64,000 nucleotides of DNA from Nitrospirota bacterium (GTDB taxonomy: Bacteria; Nitrospirota; Nitrospiria; Nitrospirales; NS-4). The position numbers were made by a program, and so were the translations under genes. The stretch spans positions 13,724 to 77,723 of the forward strand of contig CAWBGA010000014.1 in NCBI GenBank assembly GCA_963788195.1, given 5' to 3'. Each line of letters starts with the position of its first letter. Within the stretch, counting starts at the first letter, position 1. Below are positions 9,523 through 19,659 of the stretch, piece by piece. The notes below the pieces were generated by a model that did no database searches, was not told the origin of the DNA, and was given only the letters and a program-made list of their open reading frames with translations.

Positions 9523-10374
9523 TTACTGTGCGGCGCGACTAGACGTGCTAAGATTCTTTATATCCATAACGCACCGAAAACCCAGCCAAGTGGCACCCGA
9601 TTCTGAATCTTCAGGAGCCCATCGCACCGATACTCGGACGTCGCCGATTGGATTGAGAAATGATCCTCCTTTCATTACTTTGCCTGTCGACACTTGGTCA
9701 TTCGGCCATGCGCTGGAAGTTAATTCCCACACGTTACCTGCCATGTCGCTAACATCATAGAAACTATTGCCGGCAGGAATAGACCCCACCTTGACTGGGG
9801 ATCGAGCTCCAGCCTTGCGCCCATTGTATTTCTTGTCATCTGGATCATTTCCCCAAGGCCATATTCGCTTGTCAGTACCGCGCGCTGCCTTTTCCCACTC
9901 CTTCTCGGTGGGCAATCTCTTTCCCGCCCATTTACAGTAGAGGTCAGCATCGGTAAAGCCGACGCCTACTACCGGCTGTTCTGGCCCACTCAGTACCTTA
10001 TTATTCGAATACTTTGGAAGACGGTATTTTTTTTCTTCTACAAACATTCCATATCGTTTATTCGTAACCTCATATTTGTCGATATAAAAATCGCCAATAT
10101 TCATTTCTGTTTCAGGAAATTCATTGTCGTAAATGTCAGCCCACGAATGTTTGATTTGCTTAAGAGTATTCCGAATGGTGTCTCTATTCATGCCATAGAC
10201 AAATCGTCCTTCTGGTATGAGAATCATTGGCGCGTTGTCCTTGATCGAGATAACTGTTCGCGACAGCGAAGGATCACTCATACTCTGATCTTGGGTCACA
10301 AGGATACACGAAAGGCAAATACCTGTGAGGAGCTTGAGGGCTGAACGGTTTGGAAACACTTCGATTACGGGCAA
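9523..10374 (-). CDS. Formylglycine-generating enzyme (SUMF1/FGE-sulfatase) domain protein
   Basis: FYIDKYEVTN, RLPTEKEWEKAARG, DMAGNVWE, LGFRC motifs. Confidence 0.92.
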   Translation of the reverse strand: MPVIEVFPNRSALKLLTGICLSCILVTQDQSMSDPSLSRTVISIKDNAPMILIPEGRFVYGMNRDTIRNTLKQIKHSWADIYDNEFPETEMNIGDFYIDKYEVTNKRYGMFVEEKKYRLPKYSNNKVLSGPEQPVVGVGFTDADLYCKWAGKRLPTEKEWEKAARGTDKRIWPWGNDPDDKKYNGRKAGARSPVKVGSIPAGNSFYDVSDMAGNVWELTSSAWPNDQVSTGKVMKGGSFLNPIGDVRVSVRWAPEDSESGATWLGFRCVMDIKNLSTSSRAAQ

Positions 10375-10898
10375 ACTTCAGGTGCTAGAGTGACAAGGAC
10401 AGTGGGCTGTGTCGCAACAACAGAACGAGCGATCTCTTCTTCTGAATTCTTCCGCACCCGTACCTCAAATTTATCCCGGAGGTTTTCCAAGGTGAAGATG
10501 CAACGGAATTCTCCATTCCTCACCTTCTTATAATCACAAATTGGCGTTTCCGTCTTCGGACGTATCATTACGAGCGCAACCTGTATATCACGAGCTGGAA
10601 TACCGGGTCGCTCTTCTACAGTCGCGTTCAAATCTACCTCTACATCTTGAAAAATCTTGTACGTTAACCAGTAGTATCCTGCTAATGGGAATACTGTGGT
10701 GAATAGACTCAGTACTAATAGGAAGGGAATTAAGCTTGTCTGTATTTCTAAATCCTTAAACCGTAGTTTTTCAGGGGTTTTCCCTTGTGCAGGTAACTTC
10801 TTGCCGCACCAGATTAACGCGATAACGATGAAGCTCAATACACAGCCTACAGCAGTAACTAGAGGTAGCAAAATAGGTCCTACTGTGTTTATGCTCAT
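10365..10898 (-). CDS. Hypothetical membrane protein (2 TM plus beta-rich C-terminus)
   Basis: Two hydrophobic segments; overlaps the start of the FGE gene; AT-rich. Confidence 0.65.
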   Translation of the reverse strand: MSINTVGPILLPLVTAVGCVLSFIVIALIWCGKKLPAQGKTPEKLRFKDLEIQTSLIPFLLVLSLFTTVFPLAGYYWLTYKIFQDVEVDLNATVEERPGIPARDIQVALVMIRPKTETPICDYKKVRNGEFRCIFTLENLRDKFEVRVRKNSEEEIARSVVATQPTVLVTLAPEVCP

Positions 10899-11122
10899 TA
10901 CTATGCACTCTCGCTACAGGTGATTATTGAGACCTACCAAGGTCAAAGTATAGGGAAGATCAAACGACTTGTCTCTCGGTGAAAACCCCATGCTTCCGCA
11001 CATTTCAGCAGGGACGTTTGCGGATCACTGCCGACCATAGAAACTATATGGGCTTGTAACAAACTCAAGACATTCCACAAAATGATCAAACAATAACTGG
11101 ACTCTGATCCAGGTTAACAGTC

Positions 11123-11428
11123 ATGTCGCTTGAACGATCGTCTCATTTACCCGGCGGGTTTCAGATCAGGCACCGTACGCTTGGAATTTTTCAGGGGAGC
11201 GCGATTGAGCTGGCATTTTGGCAGCCGTCCTCCGGGATGCCTGAATATGGCTTGTGCCGGTTCCCGACGGAAGAGAAGGCACAGGCGTTAATCGAATTTC
11301 TCTGTTCACCTGACTGTACGGAGTCGATAAACCGCGCTGACCTGACAATTGAACCTTACGATCTCGCCGAACATGAACGGCTCATCAGCGAGCATCCGTT
11401 GCCTTCTGCCTGGGAAACACCTTCCTGA
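11123..11428 (+). CDS. Hypothetical protein
   Basis: 101-aa ORF filling the intergenic gap; no recognised motif. Confidence 0.55.
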   Translation: MSLERSSHLPGGFQIRHRTLGIFQGSAIELAFWQPSSGMPEYGLCRFPTEEKAQALIEFLCSPDCTESINRADLTIEPYDLAEHERLISEHPLPSAWETPS

Positions 11429-11504
11429 GTCGAATTACTCCTTTATAGTTACAATCTAATTTTGATTGACCTGAAAAATACTTCTCACATTAGAACAGCC
11501 TTTT

Positions 11505-11903
11505 TCACGGCAGTGCTTGACCTGTTGGACGCTCGATGAGCTCGATCTCATAGCCGTCCGGGGCATCGATGAAGATGAAGCGGTTGCCGGATGAGGTCGT
11601 GGTCGGGCCGTCGGTGATTTTCACGCCCTTTGAATTTAGCTCCTTCATCGTTTTCTCCAGGCTTTCCACCTGGAAAGCGAGGTGTACCAGGTCCTCCTGC
11701 ACCTTCACTGGACCGCTTGGTGGAAAGCTTGCCAGCTCGATCAACTCCTCGCTGTTGGGGACCTTGAGGAAGGCAAGGTGCGAGCCACGAGGCGACGTCT
11801 TGCGCTCTACCACCTCCAGACCAAGCACATCCGTATAGAAGCGGATGGTCTGATCGATGTCGCTCACCCGCATTCTCGTATGTAATAGTTTTGTGACCTG
11901 CAT
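11505..11903 (-). CDS. gloA: Lactoylglutathione lyase / VOC-family protein
   Basis: LLHTRMRVSD, HLAFQV, FIDAPDGYEIELIE. Confidence 0.8.
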   Translation of the reverse strand: MQVTKLLHTRMRVSDIDQTIRFYTDVLGLEVVERKTSPRGSHLAFLKVPNSEELIELASFPPSGPVKVQEDLVHLAFQVESLEKTMKELNSKGVKITDGPTTTSSGNRFIFIDAPDGYEIELIERPTGQALP

Positions 11904-12062
11904 GCTGGGATTCTGGGGAAACGGTTCAAAGCTGTCAATAAAAGAACCCGGTGACAGGCGTGTGGAGGCTAGTCCGCAGCTAAAATAAATCTGTCCCGCC
12001 TAACTTAGGCTTGAAAAAACGCTGCGAGATCGTTAGGAAGGTTCTGATGCAGGATTTAAAAA

Positions 12063-13508
12063 ATGGCTGAAGAGGTCCAACGCCCTCCTACGATCAGAAC
12101 CAATATACCTCAGCGACTGGATCGTTTGCCTTGGTCACGCTGGCATTGGCTCATCGTGTCTGCTCTCGGCATCACCTGGATTCTTGACGGCCTGGAAGTC
12201 ACGATTGTCGGCGCCCTTGGCCCTGTTCTTACGCACAAGGCTACCCTGAACTTAAGTCATAGTGAGGTTGGGTTGACGGCTTCCGCCTACCTAGCCGGCT
12301 CTGTCGCCGGGGCCCTTCTATTCTCGTACCTGACGGATCGCCAGGGACGTAAGAAGTGGTTCATGATCACCCTAACGCTCTATTTAATTGCCACGGTCCT
12401 TACCGCTTTTTCATGGGACCTGTGGAGCTTCATGTTCTTTCGTTTTCTCACAGGCGCGGGAATCGGGGGCGAATATTCCGCGATTAACTCGGCCATTGAC
12501 GAATTGATCCCTGCACATGCACGTGGACATACCGATCTGGCGATCAACGGAAGCTGGTGGTTAGGCACGGCAGCAGGCGCTCTCCTCAGCATCCCGCTCC
12601 TTAATCCGAACGTTATTTCCGAAACCCTTGGCTGGCGACTCTGTTTTCTCTTGGGTGCGATATTGGGGATCGCGGTCGTGTTGGTCCGAAGAAATCTCCC
12701 GGAAAGTCCTCGCTGGCTCATGACGCACGGAAGAGTGGACGAGGCGGACAGGATTGTTTCCGAGATCGAGGAAAGGGTGAAACGGGACAAAGGCATGGAC
12801 TCCTTGCCCGAACCAGAAGGCCAAATTGAGCTCCACCCGAGGGCTCACGTGACATTTGTCACCGTTGCACGCGAGCTGCTACATACTTACCCCACGCGAA
12901 CAATACTTGGTATTGCGCTGATGGTATCGCAATCGTTTCTGTACAATGCAATCTCCTTCACCTATCCCCTCATTCTGACAAAGTATTACAACGTGCCGGA
13001 CAGCAACGTAGGCCTCTATATCCTGCCCTTCGCCGTGGGCAATTTCTTTGGGCCACTTCTACTCGGCGGCCTGTTTGACAGCATCGGGCGCAAACCCATG
13101 ATCACCTTCACGTACGCCGTCTCCGGCATCCTGCTCGCTATTACAAGTTATTTGTTTTTACTAGGACACTTAACCGCCGTGACTCAAACGTTGGCATGGT
13201 CGATCATTTTCTTCTTTGCATCCGCAGGCGCGAGCTCTGCGTACCTGACAGTAAGCGAGATTTTTCCGTTGGAAATCCGTGCCATGGCTATCGCATTCTT
13301 CTTCGTCATCGCCCAGGCGGCCGCTACGTTTGCGCCATGGTTCTTTGCAAAGCTGATCGAAACCTCCACCGTCAGTATTTTCTTTGGGAATCTCGTCGGT
13401 GCAGCTTTTATGATCGGAGGCGCCATCGTTGCCCTGCTTCTCGCGGTCAAGGCTGAGCGACAGCCGCTAGAGAATATTGCCGCGCCCCTGTCGGCGCAAG
13501 CCGAATAA
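12063..13508 (+). CDS. MFS transporter (sugar porter-like)
   Basis: RLDRLPWSRWHW, DRQGRK, GIGGEYSAINSAIDELIP, PESPRWL. Confidence 0.92.
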   Translation: MAEEVQRPPTIRTNIPQRLDRLPWSRWHWLIVSALGITWILDGLEVTIVGALGPVLTHKATLNLSHSEVGLTASAYLAGSVAGALLFSYLTDRQGRKKWFMITLTLYLIATVLTAFSWDLWSFMFFRFLTGAGIGGEYSAINSAIDELIPAHARGHTDLAINGSWWLGTAAGALLSIPLLNPNVISETLGWRLCFLLGAILGIAVVLVRRNLPESPRWLMTHGRVDEADRIVSEIEERVKRDKGMDSLPEPEGQIELHPRAHVTFVTVARELLHTYPTRTILGIALMVSQSFLYNAISFTYPLILTKYYNVPDSNVGLYILPFAVGNFFGPLLLGGLFDSIGRKPMITFTYAVSGILLAITSYLFLLGHLTAVTQTLAWSIIFFFASAGASSAYLTVSEIFPLEIRAMAIAFFFVIAQAAATFAPWFFAKLIETSTVSIFFGNLVGAAFMIGGAIVALLLAVKAERQPLENIAAPLSAQAE

Positions 13509-13512
13509 GAAT

Positions 13513-13532
13513 TGGGGTCAGAGTCGATTTAT
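13513..13532. repeat. Solo half of the GGGGTCAGAGTCGATTTA element
   Basis: Identical to the left inverted repeat of the element at 42005-42078. Confidence 0.7.
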
Positions 13533-13539
13533 GACACGC

Positions 13540-13611
13540 GGGGACAGGCAACTTTTCCGTCCATGAGGCGCCCGATGAACGCTGAACGATTCGGAAAAGT
13601 AGCCTGTCCCC
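13540..13611. mobile_element. 72-bp MITE/REP-like element, copy 1
   Basis: Imperfect terminal inverted repeats GGGGACAGGCAACTTTTCCG / CGGAAAAGTAGCCTGTCCCC. Confidence 0.8.
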
Positions 13612-13658
13612 CTGCTTCGCAATTTGCCGTGTTACACTAGTCTTAAAAGGAACAGACG

Positions 13659-14843
13659 ATGCCGATCGGTGGAGTGATTTCAGAAGGACGCGTGCCGGTA
13701 AAGATCTGGAGCGACCTCGATCAGGTCGAGACGCAAGCCAGAGAACAACTGGTGAATGCCTCGAATTTACCGTGCGTCTTCAAACATATCGCGGTCATGC
13801 CGGACGTTCATGTCGGGATCGGCGCGACTGTCGGTTCGGTGATTCCGACGAAGGACGCGATCATCCCCGCCGCCGTCGGCGTGGATATCGGCTGCGGCAT
13901 GCTGGCGCTGAAAACCCAGTACAGATCTTCGGTGCTGGAGGGCCGCCTCAAAAAGATTAGGGACAAAATAGAGGCCTCTGTGCCTGTCGGACCGACCTCT
14001 CATCGCTCCCCTCTCAAGGCAGCGCAAGCATGGGAAGGTTGGAAGGAAGCAGGCAATTGCCATCGCGCCGTTCAAGACCTCATGACGAGAGCGCAGGCGC
14101 AGCTTGGGACTCTAGGCGGCGGCAATCATTTTATTGAACTGTGTCTTGACACCGAAGATGCCGTCTGGATCCTCCTGCATTCCGGCTCGCGCCACATCGG
14201 CAAATCCTTGGCGGAACGGCACATCAACCTAGCCAAGGGACTGCTGCGTCAAAGCCTGATCAGTCTTCCTGATCCGAACCTTGCGTACCTGACAAAGGGC
14301 ACGAAGGAGTTTGACGCGTATTGGCATGACCTGAAGTGGGCCCAGGAATATGCCTATCAAAACCGGCGCTTAATGCTCGATCTGGTGACCAAGGCCGTGC
14401 AGGAGGGGCTCGGCCGCCAGGAGCGGATCAAGTCGGAGTTGCTGGTAAACTGCCATCATAATTACGTCGCGCTGGAGCACCATTTCGGCGAAGATGTGTT
14501 TGTCACGCGCAAAGGCGCCGTCCGTGCGCAGCAAGGCGACTATGGAATCATTCCGGGCTCGATGGGGACGCGATCGTTCATTGTGAAGGGCAAAGGCAAT
14601 CCCGAGTCTTTCAACTCGTGCTCCCATGGCGCGGGCCGCCGGATGTCGCGCACTGAAGCCAAGCGTAAATTCACGACAGACGACCTGTGCAAACAAACCG
14701 CCGGCGTGGAATGTCGCAAAGACCAAGGCGTCGTGGATGAGATTCCCCACGCCTACAAGGACATTGCCACGGTGATGAATCACCAATCCGACCTCGTGGA
14801 GGTCGTCGCGGAGATCAAACAGGTGCTTTGCGTCAAAGGATAA
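13659..14843 (+). CDS. rtcB: RtcB RNA ligase
   Basis: MPDVHVGIG, GVDIGCGM, GTLGGGNHFIE, HSGSR, SCSHGAGR, DEIPHAYK. Confidence 0.96.
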   Translation: MPIGGVISEGRVPVKIWSDLDQVETQAREQLVNASNLPCVFKHIAVMPDVHVGIGATVGSVIPTKDAIIPAAVGVDIGCGMLALKTQYRSSVLEGRLKKIRDKIEASVPVGPTSHRSPLKAAQAWEGWKEAGNCHRAVQDLMTRAQAQLGTLGGGNHFIELCLDTEDAVWILLHSGSRHIGKSLAERHINLAKGLLRQSLISLPDPNLAYLTKGTKEFDAYWHDLKWAQEYAYQNRRLMLDLVTKAVQEGLGRQERIKSELLVNCHHNYVALEHHFGEDVFVTRKGAVRAQQGDYGIIPGSMGTRSFIVKGKGNPESFNSCSHGAGRRMSRTEAKRKFTTDDLCKQTAGVECRKDQGVVDEIPHAYKDIATVMNHQSDLVEVVAEIKQVLCVKG

Positions 14844-14897
14844 AAGCCGGCAACAGTGCGGGTCCTGTCGCCGAGTCACCCTGACGTGCTCACAGAC

Positions 14898-14969
14898 GGG
14901 GACAGGCAACTTTTCCGTCCAGGAGGCGCGCAGTGAACGCTGAACGATTCGGAAAAGTAGCCTGTCCCC
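14898..14969. mobile_element. 72-bp MITE/REP-like element, copy 2 (same orientation as copy 1)
   Basis: Same inverted repeats and nearly identical interior to 13540-13611. Confidence 0.8.
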
Positions 14970-15030
14970 CTTTTCTTTGCTTTTACGAAACCTTCAAAAC
15001 AAAGTCAAGACGGCCGGCAACACCGCAAGA

Positions 15031-16041
15031 TCAGTCCTGCATTGCGATGGCCAGAACACCGGCGCCCCGTATCGTGCCGGCCTTTAAGGCTTGCAGGGCG
15101 TGGTTCGCGTCGGACAGCGCGAATCGCTGAGTATGCGGGCGAATCGGAATGGCGGCGGCCTCGCGAAGCAGATCGAGCCCGTCCTGTTTCGTATTGGCCG
15201 TGACAGTTCGAAGCACACGTTCGCCGAACAGCTCGCGATCGTAATCAAGGGCAGGAATCGGGCTGAGATAGATCCCGGCGACCGCCAAGGTACCGCCTTT
15301 TTGCAGGGCGCGCAGCGCCGGGGGCACAAGATCACCGGCAGGGGCGAAGAGAATTGCGGCATGGAGTTTTTCGGGAGGCGTATCGGCCGCGCCGCCGACC
15401 CATACGGCACCAAGCTCGCGCGCTAACGCCTGATGTTCTTCACGGAGCGAGCAGACGAACACCGAGCATCCCCAGTGGCGGGCGACTTGGATCGTAATGT
15501 GAGCAGAGGCGCCGAAGCCGTACAAGCCCAAGCGCTGGCCGGGTTTTACGCCGCTTAAGCGCAACGCCCGATAGCCAATGATGCCGGCGCACAGCAGCGG
15601 CGCCACTTCTTCATCGGTAAAGGCTGCAGGAACTGGATACGCGAACGACTCGGGCGCGACGGCATATTCTGCATAGCCGCCGTCCACGTCGTAACCGGTA
15701 AACCGGGCGGACGAACACAAATTTTCACGCCCACTTGTGCAGAATTCGCAACGCCCGCAGACGCGCTGCAGCCAGGCGATGCCGACGCGATCCCCTTCCT
15801 TGATCGTTCGGACATTACGCCCGACGCGGTCCACATAGCCAACCACTTCATGGCCGGGGATCACCGGCCGCTTGGCCGCCGGTAATTCGCCTTCGACGAT
15901 GTGAAGATCGGTGCGGCAGACCCCGCAGACTTGTACACGGACCCTGACCTCATCGGCGGCCGGTTCCGGAGCGGGCAGGTCAGAGAAAGCTAACGGCTCG
16001 CTCGCTACATCACCCGTCTTAGTGAGCACCATCGCCTTCAT
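15031..16041 (-). CDS. Zinc-dependent alcohol dehydrogenase (AdhP-like)
   Basis: CGVCRTDLH, GHE, CGRCEFCTSGRENLC, APLLCAG, GLYGFGASA. Confidence 0.93.
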   Translation of the reverse strand: MKAMVLTKTGDVASEPLAFSDLPAPEPAADEVRVRVQVCGVCRTDLHIVEGELPAAKRPVIPGHEVVGYVDRVGRNVRTIKEGDRVGIAWLQRVCGRCEFCTSGRENLCSSARFTGYDVDGGYAEYAVAPESFAYPVPAAFTDEEVAPLLCAGIIGYRALRLSGVKPGQRLGLYGFGASAHITIQVARHWGCSVFVCSLREEHQALARELGAVWVGGAADTPPEKLHAAILFAPAGDLVPPALRALQKGGTLAVAGIYLSPIPALDYDRELFGERVLRTVTANTKQDGLDLLREAAAIPIRPHTQRFALSDANHALQALKAGTIRGAGVLAIAMQD

Positions 16042-16053
16042 GATGGATCGCGA

Positions 16054-16545
16054 TCAAGGGCGGGGCAGATTTCTGATACCCGAACCTTCCTCAATCCGCC
16101 TCTGCTGACGGTAGTCCCGCTCATAATCCCGTTGGACCTGTTCCAGTCGGCGCTGCTCGGCAGCGTACTGCGCGGCCATTTCCTCCCATCGGTCCAAGAA
16201 CTCCGACTCTCGCTGTTTCAGACGCCCATCAGCCTCCTTAGGGCTAATTCCACCAGCCATCAATTCAGCCCTGACTTGCCGGCGATCATCCAACAACTGC
16301 TCCAATCCAGGTAACGGCGGATCGACCTCTACAAGTTTCTGATAAAAACGATCACGTGCCTCTATGGGAGGCATCTGACCTGAATCCACCAACGCTCGCA
16401 TCTCTTTGTACGCCCCCTGGAGCAAGACCACGGTCGGCTCGGAGGGCGGGAGCGGTTTTGCGGCGCAGCCCGAAGTCAGCGGAAGCCATACAATGAGAAG
16501 AGCAAACGCCCGCAGACTCTTTTGGAACACATCCCAGTTACGCAT
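16054..16545 (-). CDS. Hypothetical lipoprotein
   Basis: Lipobox-like LTSGC; coiled-coil C-terminus; in an apparent operon with pepN and adh. Confidence 0.7.
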   Translation of the reverse strand: MRNWDVFQKSLRAFALLIVWLPLTSGCAAKPLPPSEPTVVLLQGAYKEMRALVDSGQMPPIEARDRFYQKLVEVDPPLPGLEQLLDDRRQVRAELMAGGISPKEADGRLKQRESEFLDRWEEMAAQYAAEQRRLEQVQRDYERDYRQQRRIEEGSGIRNLPRP

Positions 16546-19108
16546 GCTTCGTCCTCAGCCACGCAGATAACGAATCCTGTTGCAATCGACGAAACGCCAA
16601 CCCTAACCGTATCACCTCTAGGGTCTGAGTCAGAACCCGATCCGCCGAGGGGACGTGGTTCTGGGGATCTCGAAAGAACAACCCTACATCCTCGAGCCAT
16701 TCTTCACGCCACAAGTGCTTGGTACCGCCGATGATTCGTTGCGCCCCCACACTTCCGCCCTTCTGTCTCAGCGCAGCCCAATTCCTTTTAATGAAAATCC
16801 AGGTCTCGGTTTGCGTCGCGGGGTTTGCCAACATCACTCGCACAGGCTTCCAGACATCTTGCCCCCGGATCTGCTCGCTGAGGATCAGTCGAAGAATCTC
16901 GTCGGTAAGCTCGGGCCGTGAAAAATCGCCGAAGGCAACCACGTATCGATCGCGCTCCTCGGGCGTCACGGCGCTGAGGTACTGTTGCACATAGCGTTCA
17001 AAGCGCCCGTGATCCCCTACGCGGGCGCCGAGACGTATCACCGGCAACGCCAACGTAGCATCAAGCGCAGCAGAATTCTCCCAATAGGTGTCGAGCCACT
17101 CGGTAACCTGCTTGAGCAGCGACGGAGGCCGCGCGATGTTGCCGATGATCCAAAGCACTGCCGCACGGGTCAGCTTCGGCTCGTCACCCTCCGAGGGCTG
17201 CGGCGTCCAGCCGAGCTTTGAAACCTGCCGATCGAAGCGTTCTGACACGAATCTTGCCAGTCGCGGTCGATCCGATTCGGGCACCAAGCGGTCATTGAGC
17301 GTTTCAAGATACCCTGCCAACGCTTCGACGACCACGCGCGTGTCATGCGCCTCAAACAACCGCACGAGATCCATAAAGTCGCCGATGGGGGCTTCGCCTT
17401 TGTAGCTGAGCGCCCATGTGTTATCCAAAAATCCGAAGCGCTCTTCGGAGGATAAGCTTGCCAGTGACCGGGATAAGGCCTTGTAGAGAGCATCGTCGCA
17501 GCTGCTTCGATAATATCCCTGCTCTCCGGCATTGCCATACACCCACTTGACGGCGGTGTTTGCAGGCAGCGTGATCTCCATTTGCCGCTCCGTCATCAAG
17601 ATCCGATGCCGATGGACCCCTTCCTGATCCTCATAGGCCAGGCTCAGGGGAATCGCCCATATGCCACTGTCCTCCGCCGATGGCCCTGGGGCAGCCCGGA
17701 AACGCCGCTGCTCGAGCTTTATTCGACGGAAGTCCTCGCTCGTTGCTTTCACCAGGATCATGGGAAAACCAGGCTTTGTGAACCAATCATTGGCAATGAT
17801 GGGGACAGGCTGACCCGAGGCCTTTTCGAGCGCTTGCCAGAGTTCTTCCGCAGACGCATTGGCATACTGATGCGCAGCGATATAGTCACGGATTCCTTGC
17901 CGGAAGACGCCCTCCCCAAGGAATTGCTCCAACATGCGCAGGACTGATGCTCCCTTCTCGTAGGTCAACGCGTCGAACATCTCCTCCGCTTCGGCCGCGG
18001 TACGAACCTTCGAACTGATGGGGCGGGTCGACTCCAACGCATCCACGCCCAGCGGAATCTGCTTATCCCGGGCGAACTCGACCCAGGACTGCCACTCGGG
18101 ACGCCAGTCATCCACAATCTTACAAGCCAGCCAGGTCGCAAAGGATTCGTTCAGCCAGAGATCATCCCACCACCACATGGTCACGAGGTTCCCAAACCAT
18201 TGATGGACCACCTCATGAGTGATGACGTTGGCGACGCCCCGAAGCGTATTGGCAGAGGCTTTATCGACATCGACGAGAAGCCGATTTTCACGAAAGAAAA
18301 TGGCGCCCCAGTTCTCCATGGCGCCCATCGCGAAGTCCGGAACTCCGACGAGGTCCAATTTTGAAAGGGGATATTTCAGATCGAAATAGTCGTTCAGCAT
18401 CGGAAGACACGCGTGCATAACCTCTTTGCCAAACCCCGTGAGCCCCCCCAGCTCCGGCCGGGAGTAAAAGGCTACCCGCGTGCCTTTAATGCCGACCTCG
18501 TCGACGACGAGCCGGCCGATGCCCAACGCGACAAGATACGTCGACATCTTGGGCGTCTCTCTAAACCTAATTCGTTTACGGCCACCCGGTAGATTGCGTT
18601 CCTCGGATTCAGCCTCCATGTTGGAAATCGCCGTGCGGTCTTCAGGAAGCTCGGCGGTGATGCGGAATACAGCTTTGAATCCTGGTTCATCAAAGCATGG
18701 AAAGGCGCGCCGGGCGTCAGTGGCTTCGAATTGTGTAAAGGCATACCGCTCATTGTCGGCTTTCGCTTCATACAGGCCCTTCATCTGCTGATTGAGACGC
18801 CCGCCGAAAGCCATCGTCAGAACCGAAGGACCGGTCGGGAGCTCGTGCGCGAAGGTGAGGATGACCGTTTCCGACTCAGGAACGAAAGAGATCTCCGCGT
18901 AACGTCCAAGCCCACCGTCGTCGAAAAAGGCGGACACAATGTCGAGTTCGACGGCATGGAGAATAATCCGCCGCGTGACCTCGCGAATCTCCAGGCCTAC
19001 CGTCACAACGCCCGAAAATTCCGCCCGCGCGAGATCAACCGAAAGATGAATATCATAGTGTTTCGGGGCTACCGAGCGAGGCAGCCGCCCATCAGGAAGC
19101 GTTTCCAC
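16538..19108 (-). CDS. pepN: M1 aminopeptidase (aminopeptidase N / puromycin-sensitive type)
   Basis: TQFEATDARRAFPCFDEP, GAMENWG, HEVVHQWFGN...E; probable GTG start at 19108. Confidence 0.93.
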   Translation of the reverse strand: METLPDGRLPRSVAPKHYDIHLSVDLARAEFSGVVTVGLEIREVTRRIILHAVELDIVSAFFDDGGLGRYAEISFVPESETVILTFAHELPTGPSVLTMAFGGRLNQQMKGLYEAKADNERYAFTQFEATDARRAFPCFDEPGFKAVFRITAELPEDRTAISNMEAESEERNLPGGRKRIRFRETPKMSTYLVALGIGRLVVDEVGIKGTRVAFYSRPELGGLTGFGKEVMHACLPMLNDYFDLKYPLSKLDLVGVPDFAMGAMENWGAIFFRENRLLVDVDKASANTLRGVANVITHEVVHQWFGNLVTMWWWDDLWLNESFATWLACKIVDDWRPEWQSWVEFARDKQIPLGVDALESTRPISSKVRTAAEAEEMFDALTYEKGASVLRMLEQFLGEGVFRQGIRDYIAAHQYANASAEELWQALEKASGQPVPIIANDWFTKPGFPMILVKATSEDFRRIKLEQRRFRAAPGPSAEDSGIWAIPLSLAYEDQEGVHRHRILMTERQMEITLPANTAVKWVYGNAGEQGYYRSSCDDALYKALSRSLASLSSEERFGFLDNTWALSYKGEAPIGDFMDLVRLFEAHDTRVVVEALAGYLETLNDRLVPESDRPRLARFVSERFDRQVSKLGWTPQPSEGDEPKLTRAAVLWIIGNIARPPSLLKQVTEWLDTYWENSAALDATLALPVIRLGARVGDHGRFERYVQQYLSAVTPEERDRYVVAFGDFSRPELTDEILRLILSEQIRGQDVWKPVRVMLANPATQTETWIFIKRNWAALRQKGGSVGAQRIIGGTKHLWREEWLEDVGLFFRDPQNHVPSADRVLTQTLEVIRLGLAFRRLQQDSLSAWLRTKHA

Positions 19109-19118
19109 GGTGATTTTT

Positions 19119-19508
19119 TTACTCCTCTGAGCGCTTTTGGATGTAATCAAGCAATGCTTTATATGTCAGCTCGCGTGTTCTGGACTTCGGCGGCGCGGTC
19201 TCCAAATTCGACTCCAGCCAAACGGTTTCCTTAAGGTGAGCTTGTGCCTCATTGCATATGGTCCACATCTCGTGCAACAGACCTTCCGGAAGGCCTACTT
19301 GCGACCCTTCGGATTCCATGCGGTCATCCAATGCCGCCAGCAAATCAGAAATTGCATGATGAGGCCGGTACGGCGCCGCTTTGTAGCCGAAGGTGTCGTG
19401 CTGTTCCTCCTGCCGCGCCTGCTCGACTAAATCCCACATATATTCCTTCATGACGCCGATCATATGGCCCGTCAATCGCATCGGCTCTTGAGCACCCCGG
19501 TTCTTCAT
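19119..19508 (-). CDS. Hypothetical protein
   Basis: ORF directly upstream of pepN and co-oriented; start uncertain. Confidence 0.65.
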   Translation of the reverse strand: MKNRGAQEPMRLTGHMIGVMKEYMWDLVEQARQEEQHDTFGYKAAPYRPHHAISDLLAALDDRMESEGSQVGLPEGLLHEMWTICNEAQAHLKETVWLESNLETAPPKSRTRELTYKALLDYIQKRSEE

Positions 19509-19659
19509 TATGTGAGATTCATTCCCATGCCAGCAAGCCAAATCACCTGCGTTGATTCTTCATCGCCTCATTAGTAAAGTGACGCCGGAGGATCGAGTGC
19601 TAGCGGCTTGGGCGGTGTTTCAGGAGCACTATGGACTGGGGTGATAGGGAATCAAACTC

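Noticed and set aside
14860..14885. GGGTCCTGTC 10-mer identical to the start of the 559-989 repeat units
   Set aside because: No paired stems or GCCACCC end follow; may be chance or a remnant.
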